Translations under genes and position numbers: made by a program
Notes under the pieces: generated by a model
The model's input: the letters and a program-made list of their open reading frames with translations, nothing else
The model's database searches: none
Told to the model about the DNA's origin: nothing
Assembly: GCA_045863395.1 (NCBI GenBank)
Contig: BTVJ01000003.1
Coordinates: 128,001-192,000, forward strand
Origin: Myxococcales bacterium
Lineage (GTDB): Bacteria; Myxococcota_A; UBA9042; JABWCM01; BTVJ01
Direction of reading: 5' to 3'
Length of the DNA stretch: 64,000 nucleotides
Shown: positions 31,398-46,441 of the stretch, in pieces
How the letters are laid out: each line of letters begins with the position of its first letter
How positions within the stretch are numbered: position 1 is the stretch's first letter

Positions 31398-32273
31398 ATG
31401 ATCGACGAGCCCCGCACGCCGACCTCGACCTTCCTGGCCCTCAACCGGTTCAAGCTCGAGACGTTCGTCATCAAGCTGGGTGGGGAGGCTCTCGCCGACC
31501 CGGTGGCGTTCGAGTCTCTGGTCGACGACGTCGGCCTGATCGTCCGCGCCGGGGTCCGCATCGTGCTGGTCCATGGTGGCGGCCCCCAGGCGACCGCCCT
31601 GTCTCGCCGCCTCGGCCTGGAGCCGCGCATCGTGGGTGGCCGCCGCATCACGGACGCGGCGACCCTCGAGGTCATGAAGATGACCCTCGCCGGCACCATC
31701 CCCGTGGACATGGCGGCCATGTTCCGCCGGAAGGGCATCCCCACCGTGCCGCTGAGCGGGGTCGCAGCCGACCTGATCATCGCGAAGCGGCGCCCGCCGC
31801 GGGTCGTGACGGGCTGCGGCGACGAGCCCGTGGACTTCGGGGAGGTGGGGGACATCCTCTCCGTCGGCACGGGGCTGCTCGCGACCCTGCTGGAGCGGCG
31901 CTACGTGCCGCTCATCGGGACCCTGGGCGCCGACCTGGACGGGAACGTGCTGAACATCAACGCCGACATCGCCGCCGCCCGCATCGCGGCGGCCATCGGC
32001 GCCTCGCGGCTCCTCATGCTCACCGGCGCCAAGGGCGTGCTGCGGGACCCCGACGACCCGGCGACGTGCATCCCCCGCCTGACCGTGGCCGAGGCCCGAG
32101 AGGCCATCGCCACAGGCGCGGTTCGCGGGGGGATGATCCCCAAGCTGGAGGAGAGCTTCAAGGCGCTGGAGCTCGGCGTGCCCCAGGTGCACGTCCTCAG
32201 CCACGCGGAGCCCCACGCCGTGCTGACGGAGCTGGTCACCGAGGAGCGGTCGGGGACCCTGCTGGTGCCCTGA
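31398..32273 (+). CDS. argB: Acetylglutamate kinase
   Basis: VIKLGG; LVHGGGPQ; GRRITD; NINAD; GGMIPK. Confidence 0.95.
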   Translation: MIDEPRTPTSTFLALNRFKLETFVIKLGGEALADPVAFESLVDDVGLIVRAGVRIVLVHGGGPQATALSRRLGLEPRIVGGRRITDAATLEVMKMTLAGTIPVDMAAMFRRKGIPTVPLSGVAADLIIAKRRPPRVVTGCGDEPVDFGEVGDILSVGTGLLATLLERRYVPLIGTLGADLDGNVLNINADIAAARIAAAIGASRLLMLTGAKGVLRDPDDPATCIPRLTVAEAREAIATGAVRGGMIPKLEESFKALELGVPQVHVLSHAEPHAVLTELVTEERSGTLLVP

Positions 32274-32279
32274 CGCCTG

Positions 32280-32756
32280 CTACGGCCTCGTGACCACCAC
32301 CTTCGCCTCGGGCAGATAGCCGCTGGTGCGGTCGTCCCAGGCCTCGTGGGCGTGGCTCACCTCGATGCGCAGGCCGAGCGCGAGGCCGTCCTTTCCCTCG
32401 TCGATCTGGACGTCCTTGATCTCCTCGGCGTCGCCCTTCGTGAGCATGAGGCGCGCCGTGCCTTTGCGGGACTTTCCCCGCGGCGTCTCCACCGTCGTCC
32501 ACGAGGTCTTGACGAGCTGGAGGACCAGGTCCGTGCCCTCCAGCTTGACCGCCCCCGTCCCCACCAGGTGGATCTCCTCGCCCAGCTTCGCCGTCGGCCC
32601 CTTCCACGCGGCCGCCTCGGCCTGCTGCCTCTGGGCGGCCTCCCGCGCGGCGGCCTCCCGCTCCATCGCCGCCCGGTCGACCATCTGCTCCTTGGGGACC
32701 ACCCGCTCCGAGCTGCCGCACGCGGCCAGCATCACCACCAGTGCCACCGTCCTCAT
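32280..32756 (-). CDS. Hypothetical lipoprotein
   Basis: MRTVALVVMLAAC lipobox; GGAGG SD upstream. Confidence 0.7.
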   Translation of the reverse strand: MRTVALVVMLAACGSSERVVPKEQMVDRAAMEREAAAREAAQRQQAEAAAWKGPTAKLGEEIHLVGTGAVKLEGTDLVLQLVKTSWTTVETPRGKSRKGTARLMLTKGDAEEIKDVQIDEGKDGLALGLRIEVSHAHEAWDDRTSGYLPEAKVVVTRP

Positions 32757-32825
32757 GTCGAGCCTCCTGTTCCTGATGGAGCCACGGGTGCACACATAGC
32801 ACAGATCACGCGGACTTGGGGGGAA

Positions 32826-33545
32826 TCACGGGTCGAAGGCAAAGGCGCCGCTGATCGCCACCCCGACGAACCAGTCGCTCCACCTGCCGGCGGGGCCGAT
32901 GCCCGCGTCCGCCTCGTGGTGCTGCACGTCCAGGCCCACCCCCACCATGCCCCCGTAGCGCGACCAGGTCGGCAGCACCAGGATCTCGATGATGCGCAGG
33001 TCCGGCGTGAACGCCCGCTCCTCGACCACCCCGCCCGTGATCCCCGACCCGGTCACCGTGTAGACGCCCGTGAAGGCCCAGGCGGCCGACAGGGCGACGG
33101 CGACCCCCAGGCGGTCCGCGCCCCCGATGGGTGCCGTCCCCGTGACGCGCGCCTCGAAGCCCACGACGCCCGCGTCCATGGACCAGGTCAGGGCGCCCCG
33201 GTCCGCCTGCTCCCCCGTGACGCCGATGGTCGGCCCCAGGTGGGCGTGCAGCGTGAAGCCGTCCAGGTCCGCGACCAGGCCCGGCGCGATGACCACGCGC
33301 GCGCCGAGCAGTTGCTCGCTGGGCATGGCGCCAAGCGCCCCCGGCGCCCACGAGATCGTCTGTGGCGCCACCCGCCAGATGGGGGCCGTGACGCCCGCGC
33401 CGAGCAGGGAGAAGCGCAGCCGGGGCTCGAGGGCGTCATCGAGGGACACGCTGGTGTCCACGTCGGGGGGGGCCAGGTCGCCGTCTGCGAGGACCGGCGG
33501 CGCGAGGAGCAGCGCCAGGGCGAACGTCAGGAGGCGCATCGTCAC
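32826..33545 (-). CDS. Hypothetical exported protein, possibly outer-membrane beta-barrel
   Basis: Signal peptide; alternating amphipathic strands; aromatic-rich C-terminus; overlaps upstream stop. Confidence 0.6.
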   Translation of the reverse strand: MTMRLLTFALALLLAPPVLADGDLAPPDVDTSVSLDDALEPRLRFSLLGAGVTAPIWRVAPQTISWAPGALGAMPSEQLLGARVVIAPGLVADLDGFTLHAHLGPTIGVTGEQADRGALTWSMDAGVVGFEARVTGTAPIGGADRLGVAVALSAAWAFTGVYTVTGSGITGGVVEERAFTPDLRIIEILVLPTWSRYGGMVGVGLDVQHHEADAGIGPAGRWSDWFVGVAISGAFAFDP

Positions 33546-34807
33546 TCCTCCCAGCCGGCGTCGAGGCCCATGGCGCGCACCGTGCCGCCCGTCACCGGGT
33601 CCACGATCAGGACGCGCCCGCTCTCGCCCGTCGGAACCCCCACGAGCAGCTCGGCGATGCCGTCGCCGGTCCAGTCCGCGAAGGGGCGGACCGTCGAGCC
33701 GAAGGTGTCGGGCCCCGAGAGCTCACGGATCAGCGTGAACGTGGCACCCGACAGCAGGAACACGAGGCCGCCCGAGCAGCTGGGGCTGTCGCAGGACATG
33801 GCCGCCGCGACGTCGGGCACCCCGTCGCCGTCCACGTCGCCCGCCCCGTGGAGCGACAGGCGGGGCTCGTCCACCCCATCCGGGCCGCGCAGCCCTGCCC
33901 AGGTATGGGTGACCTCGCAGGTGACGGGGTCGACCGCCACGATGGTCTCTGCGTCCTGGCCCGTGACCACGACGGGGGTCGCCGTCTCGCCCGTCCCGAC
34001 GACGGCCGCGACGGCTCCGTAGCCCAGCAGCGCACCGTCCGGGCCCTCGCAGGTGCGCACCCAGGCGCCGTCGACGCCCGAGAGCACGTGGAGCGCACCG
34101 CCTGGCCACGCCAGGGGCGCCCCGACCACCACGTCGGGCACTCCGTCTCCGGTGGCGTCGGGGCTGGGGGCCACCCCGAGCCCGAAGCCCTCGCCCGGTG
34201 TCACGCCCTCCACGGAGAAGAGGGCCCCCGAGCCCGAGAACACGGTGAGGCGCCCGAGGTTGCCCCCCTCCTGGGCGCCCCAGGACGGCGAGACCACCGC
34301 CAGCTCTTGCCAGCCGTCGTCGTCCAGGTCGTGGAGGGCTATCGCGGTGCCGCCGAAGGCCTCGCCCTCCACGAGCCCGGTGACGGTGGCCGTGTCGAGC
34401 AGCGCGCCGGGCTCCACCAGGTGGCACGCTCCGACGAAGGCCGCCTCCCGCGTCGACTCGAAGGGAGCGCACGTCACGAGGCGCGAGGCGCCACCGGGGC
34501 CTCGCAGCGTCGTCATGGAGTACCCGAGCCACGCCCGCCCCGTGGCGCCCGTCCAGCACCCCCGCGCCTCCCCCGTGGCGCCGGAGAGCACGCACACCCG
34601 GCCTGCCTCGACGCGGGCGTGATCGCCGCGGGTCTCCGTGGTCGCCGGGGCGCTGACCGCCAGCTCCGGCGTACCGTCGCCGTCCAGGTCGCCCAGCACC
34701 GCGATGGAGAACCCCCACAGGGTGTCCGATGGCAGCGCGGACTCGCCGCAGGCCGCGAGGGCGAGCGCCAGGAGCGCCCATCGCGGCGATGGGGTCACCT
34801 GGAGCAT
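33542..34807 (-). CDS. FG-GAP (integrin alpha-like) repeat lipoprotein
   Basis: ALAAC lipobox; GDLDGDGTPELAVSAP, DLDDDGWQEL, DATGDGVPDVVVGAP, GDVDGDGVPD, DWTGDGIAELLVG. Confidence 0.88.
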   Translation of the reverse strand: MLQVTPSPRWALLALALAACGESALPSDTLWGFSIAVLGDLDGDGTPELAVSAPATTETRGDHARVEAGRVCVLSGATGEARGCWTGATGRAWLGYSMTTLRGPGGASRLVTCAPFESTREAAFVGACHLVEPGALLDTATVTGLVEGEAFGGTAIALHDLDDDGWQELAVVSPSWGAQEGGNLGRLTVFSGSGALFSVEGVTPGEGFGLGVAPSPDATGDGVPDVVVGAPLAWPGGALHVLSGVDGAWVRTCEGPDGALLGYGAVAAVVGTGETATPVVVTGQDAETIVAVDPVTCEVTHTWAGLRGPDGVDEPRLSLHGAGDVDGDGVPDVAAAMSCDSPSCSGGLVFLLSGATFTLIRELSGPDTFGSTVRPFADWTGDGIAELLVGVPTGESGRVLIVDPVTGGTVRAMGLDAGWEE

Positions 34808-35934
34808 CACGGCAGGTCGTCCGGGCAGGATCCCTGGCACTCCGTCTTGCAGGCGGTGACGCACAGGGCCGACCACGCGCCGGTGCAGCAGGTGGGGATG
34901 AGGTCGCACACGCACTCCTCGCAGCCGCAGCCATTGCAGCCGGGGGCAGTGGAGGTGGCGCACCCGGTACACCCGGTGCCGCACTCCTCGCAGGCGGCCG
35001 CGCACGTCGCGTCCCAGGCCACGTCGCAGCAGAAGGGGGAGGCCGCGCACACGCAGCCCTCGCAGGAGCAGCCCTGGCACCCGCCCTCGGCGCGCTCGGC
35101 GCATCCGGTCGGGCAGGGACCGCAGTCGGCGCCGCAGGTCTCGCAGGTCTCGCCGACGAGCGGGTCGCACTCCCCGTCGCCGCAGGGGGTGCAGGACCCG
35201 CACTGCTCGCAGGCGCTCACGCAGTCGGCCGTCCAGGCCCCCGTGCAGCAGGCGGGCTTCGCGGCGCACACGCACGCCTCACAGGCGCAGCCCGAGCAGC
35301 CGCCGAACGTGGAGACCGTGCACCCGTCCGAGCACGGCCCGCAGTCCAGGGGGCACGTGTCGCAGGACTCGCCCTTGGTCGTCTGGCAGGAGCCGTTGCC
35401 ACACTGCGCGGGGCAGGTGTCCAGGCCGTTGCCGCACAGCCCGTCGATGCAGTGCTCGTCCTTGGTGCACGGGTCCCCGTCGTCGCAGGGCCCGACCCGG
35501 GGCAGGTGGACGCACCCTTCGTCCAGGTCGCACTCGTCGTTGGTGCAGCCGTTCGCGTCGTTGCAGTCGACGGCCTTGCCGCCCAGGCAGAGCCCACCCG
35601 AGCACACCTGGTCCGTATAGCAGGCGTTCTTCCCGTCGCAGGGGGCGCCGTCGTTGACCGGCGCGAACAGGCACTTTCCGGTCGTCGCAGCGCACACCAT
35701 GGTCTGGCACGGGCCCGGGTCCCCCTTGCCCGCGCAGTCGGCGGCGGTCGCGCACTCGGGCTCGGGGTCGGGGACGGTGCCCAGGTCGAGCCAGCCGGTG
35801 ACGATGTCGGTCGTGGCGTCGACCGCTGGGGCGGCCGTGTCGGGGCCGGCGTCCTTGGCGGACTCCTCCTCGGCGGCGCACGCCCCGAGCAGGGTCGCGA
35901 CCACCCAGAGCGCCACGGTTGCAGTTCGGCTCAC
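34807..35934 (-). CDS. Cys-rich repeat lipoprotein
   Basis: LLGAC lipobox; CDDGDPCTKD-type repeats, CGNGSC..GESC..CP.DCG, three CEACVC..CC..W...C repeats. Confidence 0.82.
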   Translation of the reverse strand: MSRTATVALWVVATLLGACAAEEESAKDAGPDTAAPAVDATTDIVTGWLDLGTVPDPEPECATAADCAGKGDPGPCQTMVCAATTGKCLFAPVNDGAPCDGKNACYTDQVCSGGLCLGGKAVDCNDANGCTNDECDLDEGCVHLPRVGPCDDGDPCTKDEHCIDGLCGNGLDTCPAQCGNGSCQTTKGESCDTCPLDCGPCSDGCTVSTFGGCSGCACEACVCAAKPACCTGAWTADCVSACEQCGSCTPCGDGECDPLVGETCETCGADCGPCPTGCAERAEGGCQGCSCEGCVCAASPFCCDVAWDATCAAACEECGTGCTGCATSTAPGCNGCGCEECVCDLIPTCCTGAWSALCVTACKTECQGSCPDDLP

Positions 35935-36131
35935 GGCACACCTCCTGACGGCGTGCAGCTTGCCCCTGCGAGCCGGGCGGATGCAAGTCCGACCTCCGCA
36001 GCGCGCTCCGGTCCGGTTCGGCCTGGCCGGAACGTGCGCCGGTTTAAGTAAGTATCCAGTTCCGCCGTTGCCCCGATTTGGTTAGACTCTGCCGTCCCCG
36101 GTGCAATCGCAGCTTTGAGGGGTGCTCAGAC

Positions 36132-37298
36132 ATGAAGATCTCAGGCGTCAACCCGGCCCTCGTGGGCCCCGCGACCCGTCCCACGCCCTACGCGAGCCGC
36201 CCAGATGACGCCCCCAGCCGCGGGCGCGGGGACGCGGAGCAGCACGCGCGCTTCGTCGAGAAGGCCACGGCGCTCAAAGGGGCGGCCGGGGAGCTCGCTC
36301 ACGCAATCGAGGCGACCCAGCGGGTCGTGACCTCCGGCCATGTGACGTCGTCGCGGACCCTGGGGCTCGACGAGGCGCTGCTCCAGATGGCGGGGACCCG
36401 GACGGCCCGGCGGATGCCAGACTCGAAGCGCCCCATGGCCCAGGTGCCGGCGCTGTCCAGCGTTCGCCGAGGCGACTTCTCGGTGAACGGGTACCAGATC
36501 GACGTGGACCCGTTCTCGGACTCCCTGACCGACGTGCTGGCGCGCGTCGAGCTCCTGTCGCCGAACACCCGCGCTACCTTCTCTGCGGCGACCAACAAGG
36601 TGATGCTCGCCAGCCGCGGCGACAGGAGGCTGGTCCTGGCAGACGGAGAGGCGGCCTTCCTCCAGGCGATCAGCGTGTTGCCCGGGCGGTTCGCGGCGGA
36701 CGCTGCGCGCGATGCCGAGGCAGCCCAGGAGGCCGCGCGGGCGGCGGAGGCGGCGAGCGCCCAGGCCGGGCAGGGCGACTCCCTCGCCGCGGAGGAGGCC
36801 GCGAAGGCAGCTCAGCAGACCGCCGACAGGGCCGCCCAGGCGGCGGAGCAGTCGGCGGCTCGGGCCGAGATCGAGTCCGCGGTGAGCCGGTTCCAGGAGG
36901 CGTTCAACCAGTTTGCGGCCATCGAGGAGCCGCTGGTCACCTATGACAACGGTGGAAAGGTCACCGTCGCCGCGTCCGGTCGCACGCAGCTCGACCGGGT
37001 GGTGTCCGCGGGCTACAGCCGCGCGGGCCTCGAGGGGGCCAGCCTGGCGTCGGCCCGCTTCGACGTGGGGCCTGAGCTGTCGTTCCGCTTCGACAACCCA
37101 CGCGGGGTGATGCAGGTGGACGCCAACGCCATCGCCGAGGCAGTCGTCAATGGGGGCTCCGTCGCCAGCCGCTTCCTCCTCGGCGACCCGGCGGAGGGCA
37201 GCACGGGGCTCGTGCAGGAGCTGAGCGGACGCCTGACCGACTTCCTGCAGCTCGCCCGCGGCGAGGCCACCATCTTCACCCCGGTGGGTGTCGCGTGA
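36132..37298 (+). CDS. Hypothetical protein with flagellin-hook-IN-like motif (FliD-like)
   Basis: GDFSVNGYQIDVDPFSDSLTDVLARV; C-terminal FLLG....GLVQELSGRL; similarity judged by eye only. Confidence 0.5.
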   Translation: MKISGVNPALVGPATRPTPYASRPDDAPSRGRGDAEQHARFVEKATALKGAAGELAHAIEATQRVVTSGHVTSSRTLGLDEALLQMAGTRTARRMPDSKRPMAQVPALSSVRRGDFSVNGYQIDVDPFSDSLTDVLARVELLSPNTRATFSAATNKVMLASRGDRRLVLADGEAAFLQAISVLPGRFAADAARDAEAAQEAARAAEAASAQAGQGDSLAAEEAAKAAQQTADRAAQAAEQSAARAEIESAVSRFQEAFNQFAAIEEPLVTYDNGGKVTVAASGRTQLDRVVSAGYSRAGLEGASLASARFDVGPELSFRFDNPRGVMQVDANAIAEAVVNGGSVASRFLLGDPAEGSTGLVQELSGRLTDFLQLARGEATIFTPVGVA

Positions 37299-38769
37299 CC
37301 GGTCCGTGACCGACGCCCCCGCCCGCCCGCACCGTGTCCTCGGTGGCTATGAGCTGCTCAGGCCGGAGCGATCCCCCGGCTCGTGGCTCGCCCGCGTGCG
37401 GGACACCGATGGCTTTCAGCGCAGCGTCGTCGTCCGCGTGCTCGACCCTGCGGAGCTGGTCGATGGCCGCCTCTCCCTGGAGGTCGCCGAGCGGCTCCGA
37501 CTGATCGCCGATCGCTCCCACCCCTCGCTGATGGCGCTCCTCGACGTGTGTCGCGATGGCGACACCATCTTCGCGGTGATGGAGCACGTCCCAGGCTCGG
37601 ACCTCGAGGCGGTCGCCCGGGCCGCGCCCGGAGCCCTCCCGCCCGACGTGATCGCGAGCATCGGCAAGGACGTGTGCCTCGCCATCGAGGCGCTCCATGG
37701 CCGACCGGGAGCCCGCGCGGGGGCGCAGCCGCTCGTCCACGGGGCCATCGACGGTGGGGCGATCCGGCTGTCGCGCCGGGGAGAGGTGCGCCTGACGGTC
37801 CCGGCCCTCGCCCTGCCCGCGTCCGATCTCCCGCACGATCCCGTGGAGGATCTCTTCTCCCTCGGGCTGGCGCTGCGCCCCCTCTGCGGACCCGGAACGG
37901 CGCTCGCCAGTGTGCTCGCGCGCGCCACCACCGTCCACCCGGAGCTGCGCTACCAGAACGCTGGCGCCATGAGGCTCGCCCTGGATCAGGCGCTCCGCAG
38001 CCTGGACCCCAACCTGAGCCCCCGCGAGCGACGCCGCCGTAGCGACGCGCTCCAGACGCGGCTTGCAGCGCTCGTCGCGCTGGCTCAGGAGAGGGAGGAG
38101 GCGCGGGGGGAGCCCGGCGGCCTCATCCCGATGGACCGCCACGACTTTGCGCCGGGGCCGGGGTCGATGTTCATCGAGGTCGAGAGGGGGGAGGGCCCGA
38201 GCGACCCGCCTCGGCCCGGGGCGCCCGTCGCGCCCGTGCGCCAGCGCCGCGACCGGCACACGCTGGAGCTGGTCCCCACCGCCGATCAGGGGCTGCACGC
38301 CCACGCGGCGATCCCCCTCGCCGCCGCGCCGGGGCGACCAGCCGGCGCGACCCTGGAGCACCTCGCGGCCGGGCCCTCCCACGACACGGAGGAGACGCCC
38401 GCCCTCTGGCAGCACATCGAGGGTGACGCCGTGGCGGCACCGCCGGCCCACGTCGAGCTGTCCGACCTGCTCGTCGTGGACGCCATCCCGCGGCCCGGTG
38501 AGCAGCCGACCGTGCCCCCCCCAGCGCCCGAGCCGCCCCCGCCGAGCCCGGTCCTGTCGACGCGAGCGGGCTACCGCAGCGAGAGCCGGCGCATGCCGCT
38601 GCTGGCGAGCCCGCTGTTCCGGCTGCTGGTGGTGGCCGTCGTGGTGCTGGTCTCGTTGCTGGTGTGCCTCGGCGCGCTCCTGGTCGACCGGGGCCACCGG
38701 CAGGCCGCCATGGACGCGCTGCCCAGCGCGTCGTGGGAGGGGGAGCCCGGGTCCATCCCGTCGCTGTGA
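37288..38769 (+). CDS. Degenerate Ser/Thr protein kinase-like membrane protein (pseudokinase)
   Basis: LGGYELLR, HPSLMALLD, MEHVPGSDL, DLFSLG, PELRY retained; VAIK, HRD and DFG lost; Pro-rich linker and C-terminal TM. Confidence 0.7.
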   Translation: MSRDRSVTDAPARPHRVLGGYELLRPERSPGSWLARVRDTDGFQRSVVVRVLDPAELVDGRLSLEVAERLRLIADRSHPSLMALLDVCRDGDTIFAVMEHVPGSDLEAVARAAPGALPPDVIASIGKDVCLAIEALHGRPGARAGAQPLVHGAIDGGAIRLSRRGEVRLTVPALALPASDLPHDPVEDLFSLGLALRPLCGPGTALASVLARATTVHPELRYQNAGAMRLALDQALRSLDPNLSPRERRRRSDALQTRLAALVALAQEREEARGEPGGLIPMDRHDFAPGPGSMFIEVERGEGPSDPPRPGAPVAPVRQRRDRHTLELVPTADQGLHAHAAIPLAAAPGRPAGATLEHLAAGPSHDTEETPALWQHIEGDAVAAPPAHVELSDLLVVDAIPRPGEQPTVPPPAPEPPPPSPVLSTRAGYRSESRRMPLLASPLFRLLVVAVVVLVSLLVCLGALLVDRGHRQAAMDALPSASWEGEPGSIPSL

Positions 38770-38887
38770 CGCCGGGCGCCCGGGAGATTCGTCGGTGCCC
38801 TGTGAGCAAGCGCCAGCGCCGAGGGTCCAGAGTCGCCCGGCATCCTGGCGCTCGCGCCCTCATGGACGGGCAACGGCCACACGGGCC

Positions 38888-39568
38888 CTAGCGCAGCGAG
38901 AGCCCGAGGGAGATGGTCACGTCGCCGTAGAGGTCGTCGTGGCGCCCGTTGACGTAAGGGTTGTTCCAGTTGCGGCCGTCGACGCGGTGGAACGGGACCC
39001 AGACGCCGCCGCTGAGGTGCAGATCGAGGCCGGCGCTCTCGGTGAGCCAGACGGTTCCGGCCAGGCCGGTCTCGAAGGTGGCGCAGTGGTTGACCTGCGT
39101 CGCGGCGTAGCCATCCCCCTCGTCGGCCAGCGGCAGGTAGCGGTAGCCGAGCAGGGCCAGGGGCTGGAGCGTCCACCCCTCGCCGGCGGAGTCCCGCCCG
39201 TCGACGACGACCCACGCGAGGCCGCCGCGGACGAAGGCGTCGACGTGGAGTGAGGGGCCGAACATCGACATGGTGAGCGAGGTGCCTGCCTCGACCGTGC
39301 CGCGCTCGAGCAGGTCGAAGGCGAGGCCCAGGCGCGCCCAGGTCCACCCCACGTTCCAGCTGTGGCTGGTCGCGGGGGAGAGGCGGATGTGGATCGCGGA
39401 CAGGGTGGCGGGCGCAGGCTCCACTGGCGGAGCAGCGTTGCTCCCGGTGGGGGGATCCACCGTGGAGGCAGCGGCGCCGGGTGAGGGCGCGGCGGCGCGG
39501 GCCACGCCAGGGGCGAGCGACCACCAGAAGAAGGCGAGCAGCGCGGCTGTCGACGGGGGGCGGCTCAT
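38888..39568 (-). CDS. Hypothetical exported protein, possible beta-barrel
   Basis: Signal peptide ending VARA; amphipathic strands ending VTISLGLSLR. Confidence 0.6.
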   Translation of the reverse strand: MSRPPSTAALLAFFWWSLAPGVARAAAPSPGAAASTVDPPTGSNAAPPVEPAPATLSAIHIRLSPATSHSWNVGWTWARLGLAFDLLERGTVEAGTSLTMSMFGPSLHVDAFVRGGLAWVVVDGRDSAGEGWTLQPLALLGYRYLPLADEGDGYAATQVNHCATFETGLAGTVWLTESAGLDLHLSGGVWVPFHRVDGRNWNNPYVNGRHDDLYGDVTISLGLSLR

Positions 39569-39979
39569 CTGGGGCCTCCTGTGATGCGGTGTCGAGCCTG
39601 GCCTCTGGGCGTGCGTGACGGTCACGGTCCCGCGCAGCCCCGGCTGCAAGACGGATGCCTGTCCGTACCGGCGGCTCCTCGTGGGCGCCCTGGAGTCCAC
39701 GTTCCATCCGCGTAGCCACTCAGGCTCGCGAATCCGCGCGGTTGCCACCGCGGTCATTGCGCACCTGTTTGGTCCTGTTTTCGTCGTGCTTCTCCACGCT
39801 TTCGCCCCCGGCGCGCCCGATCGGGTGGACACACCAAGCCACAGGATCTAGCATTCAACGGCCATCATCAGTGGAGCGGGCGACGCGCAGATCGCCTGTC
39901 AATCCAGTGGGTTGAATGATCCCAGGCGAGGGGACTGGTGTGTCCGGCGCACGTGCTCGAGCAGGGACAGGTGGTGCAA

Positions 39980-46430
<6,451 letters not shown>

Positions 46431-46441
<11 letters not shown>

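Noticed and set aside
30327..32273. LysY/LysZ (LysW-dependent) pathway instead of argC/argB
   Set aside because: No lysW or lysX adjacent; motifs fit ordinary ArgC and ArgB
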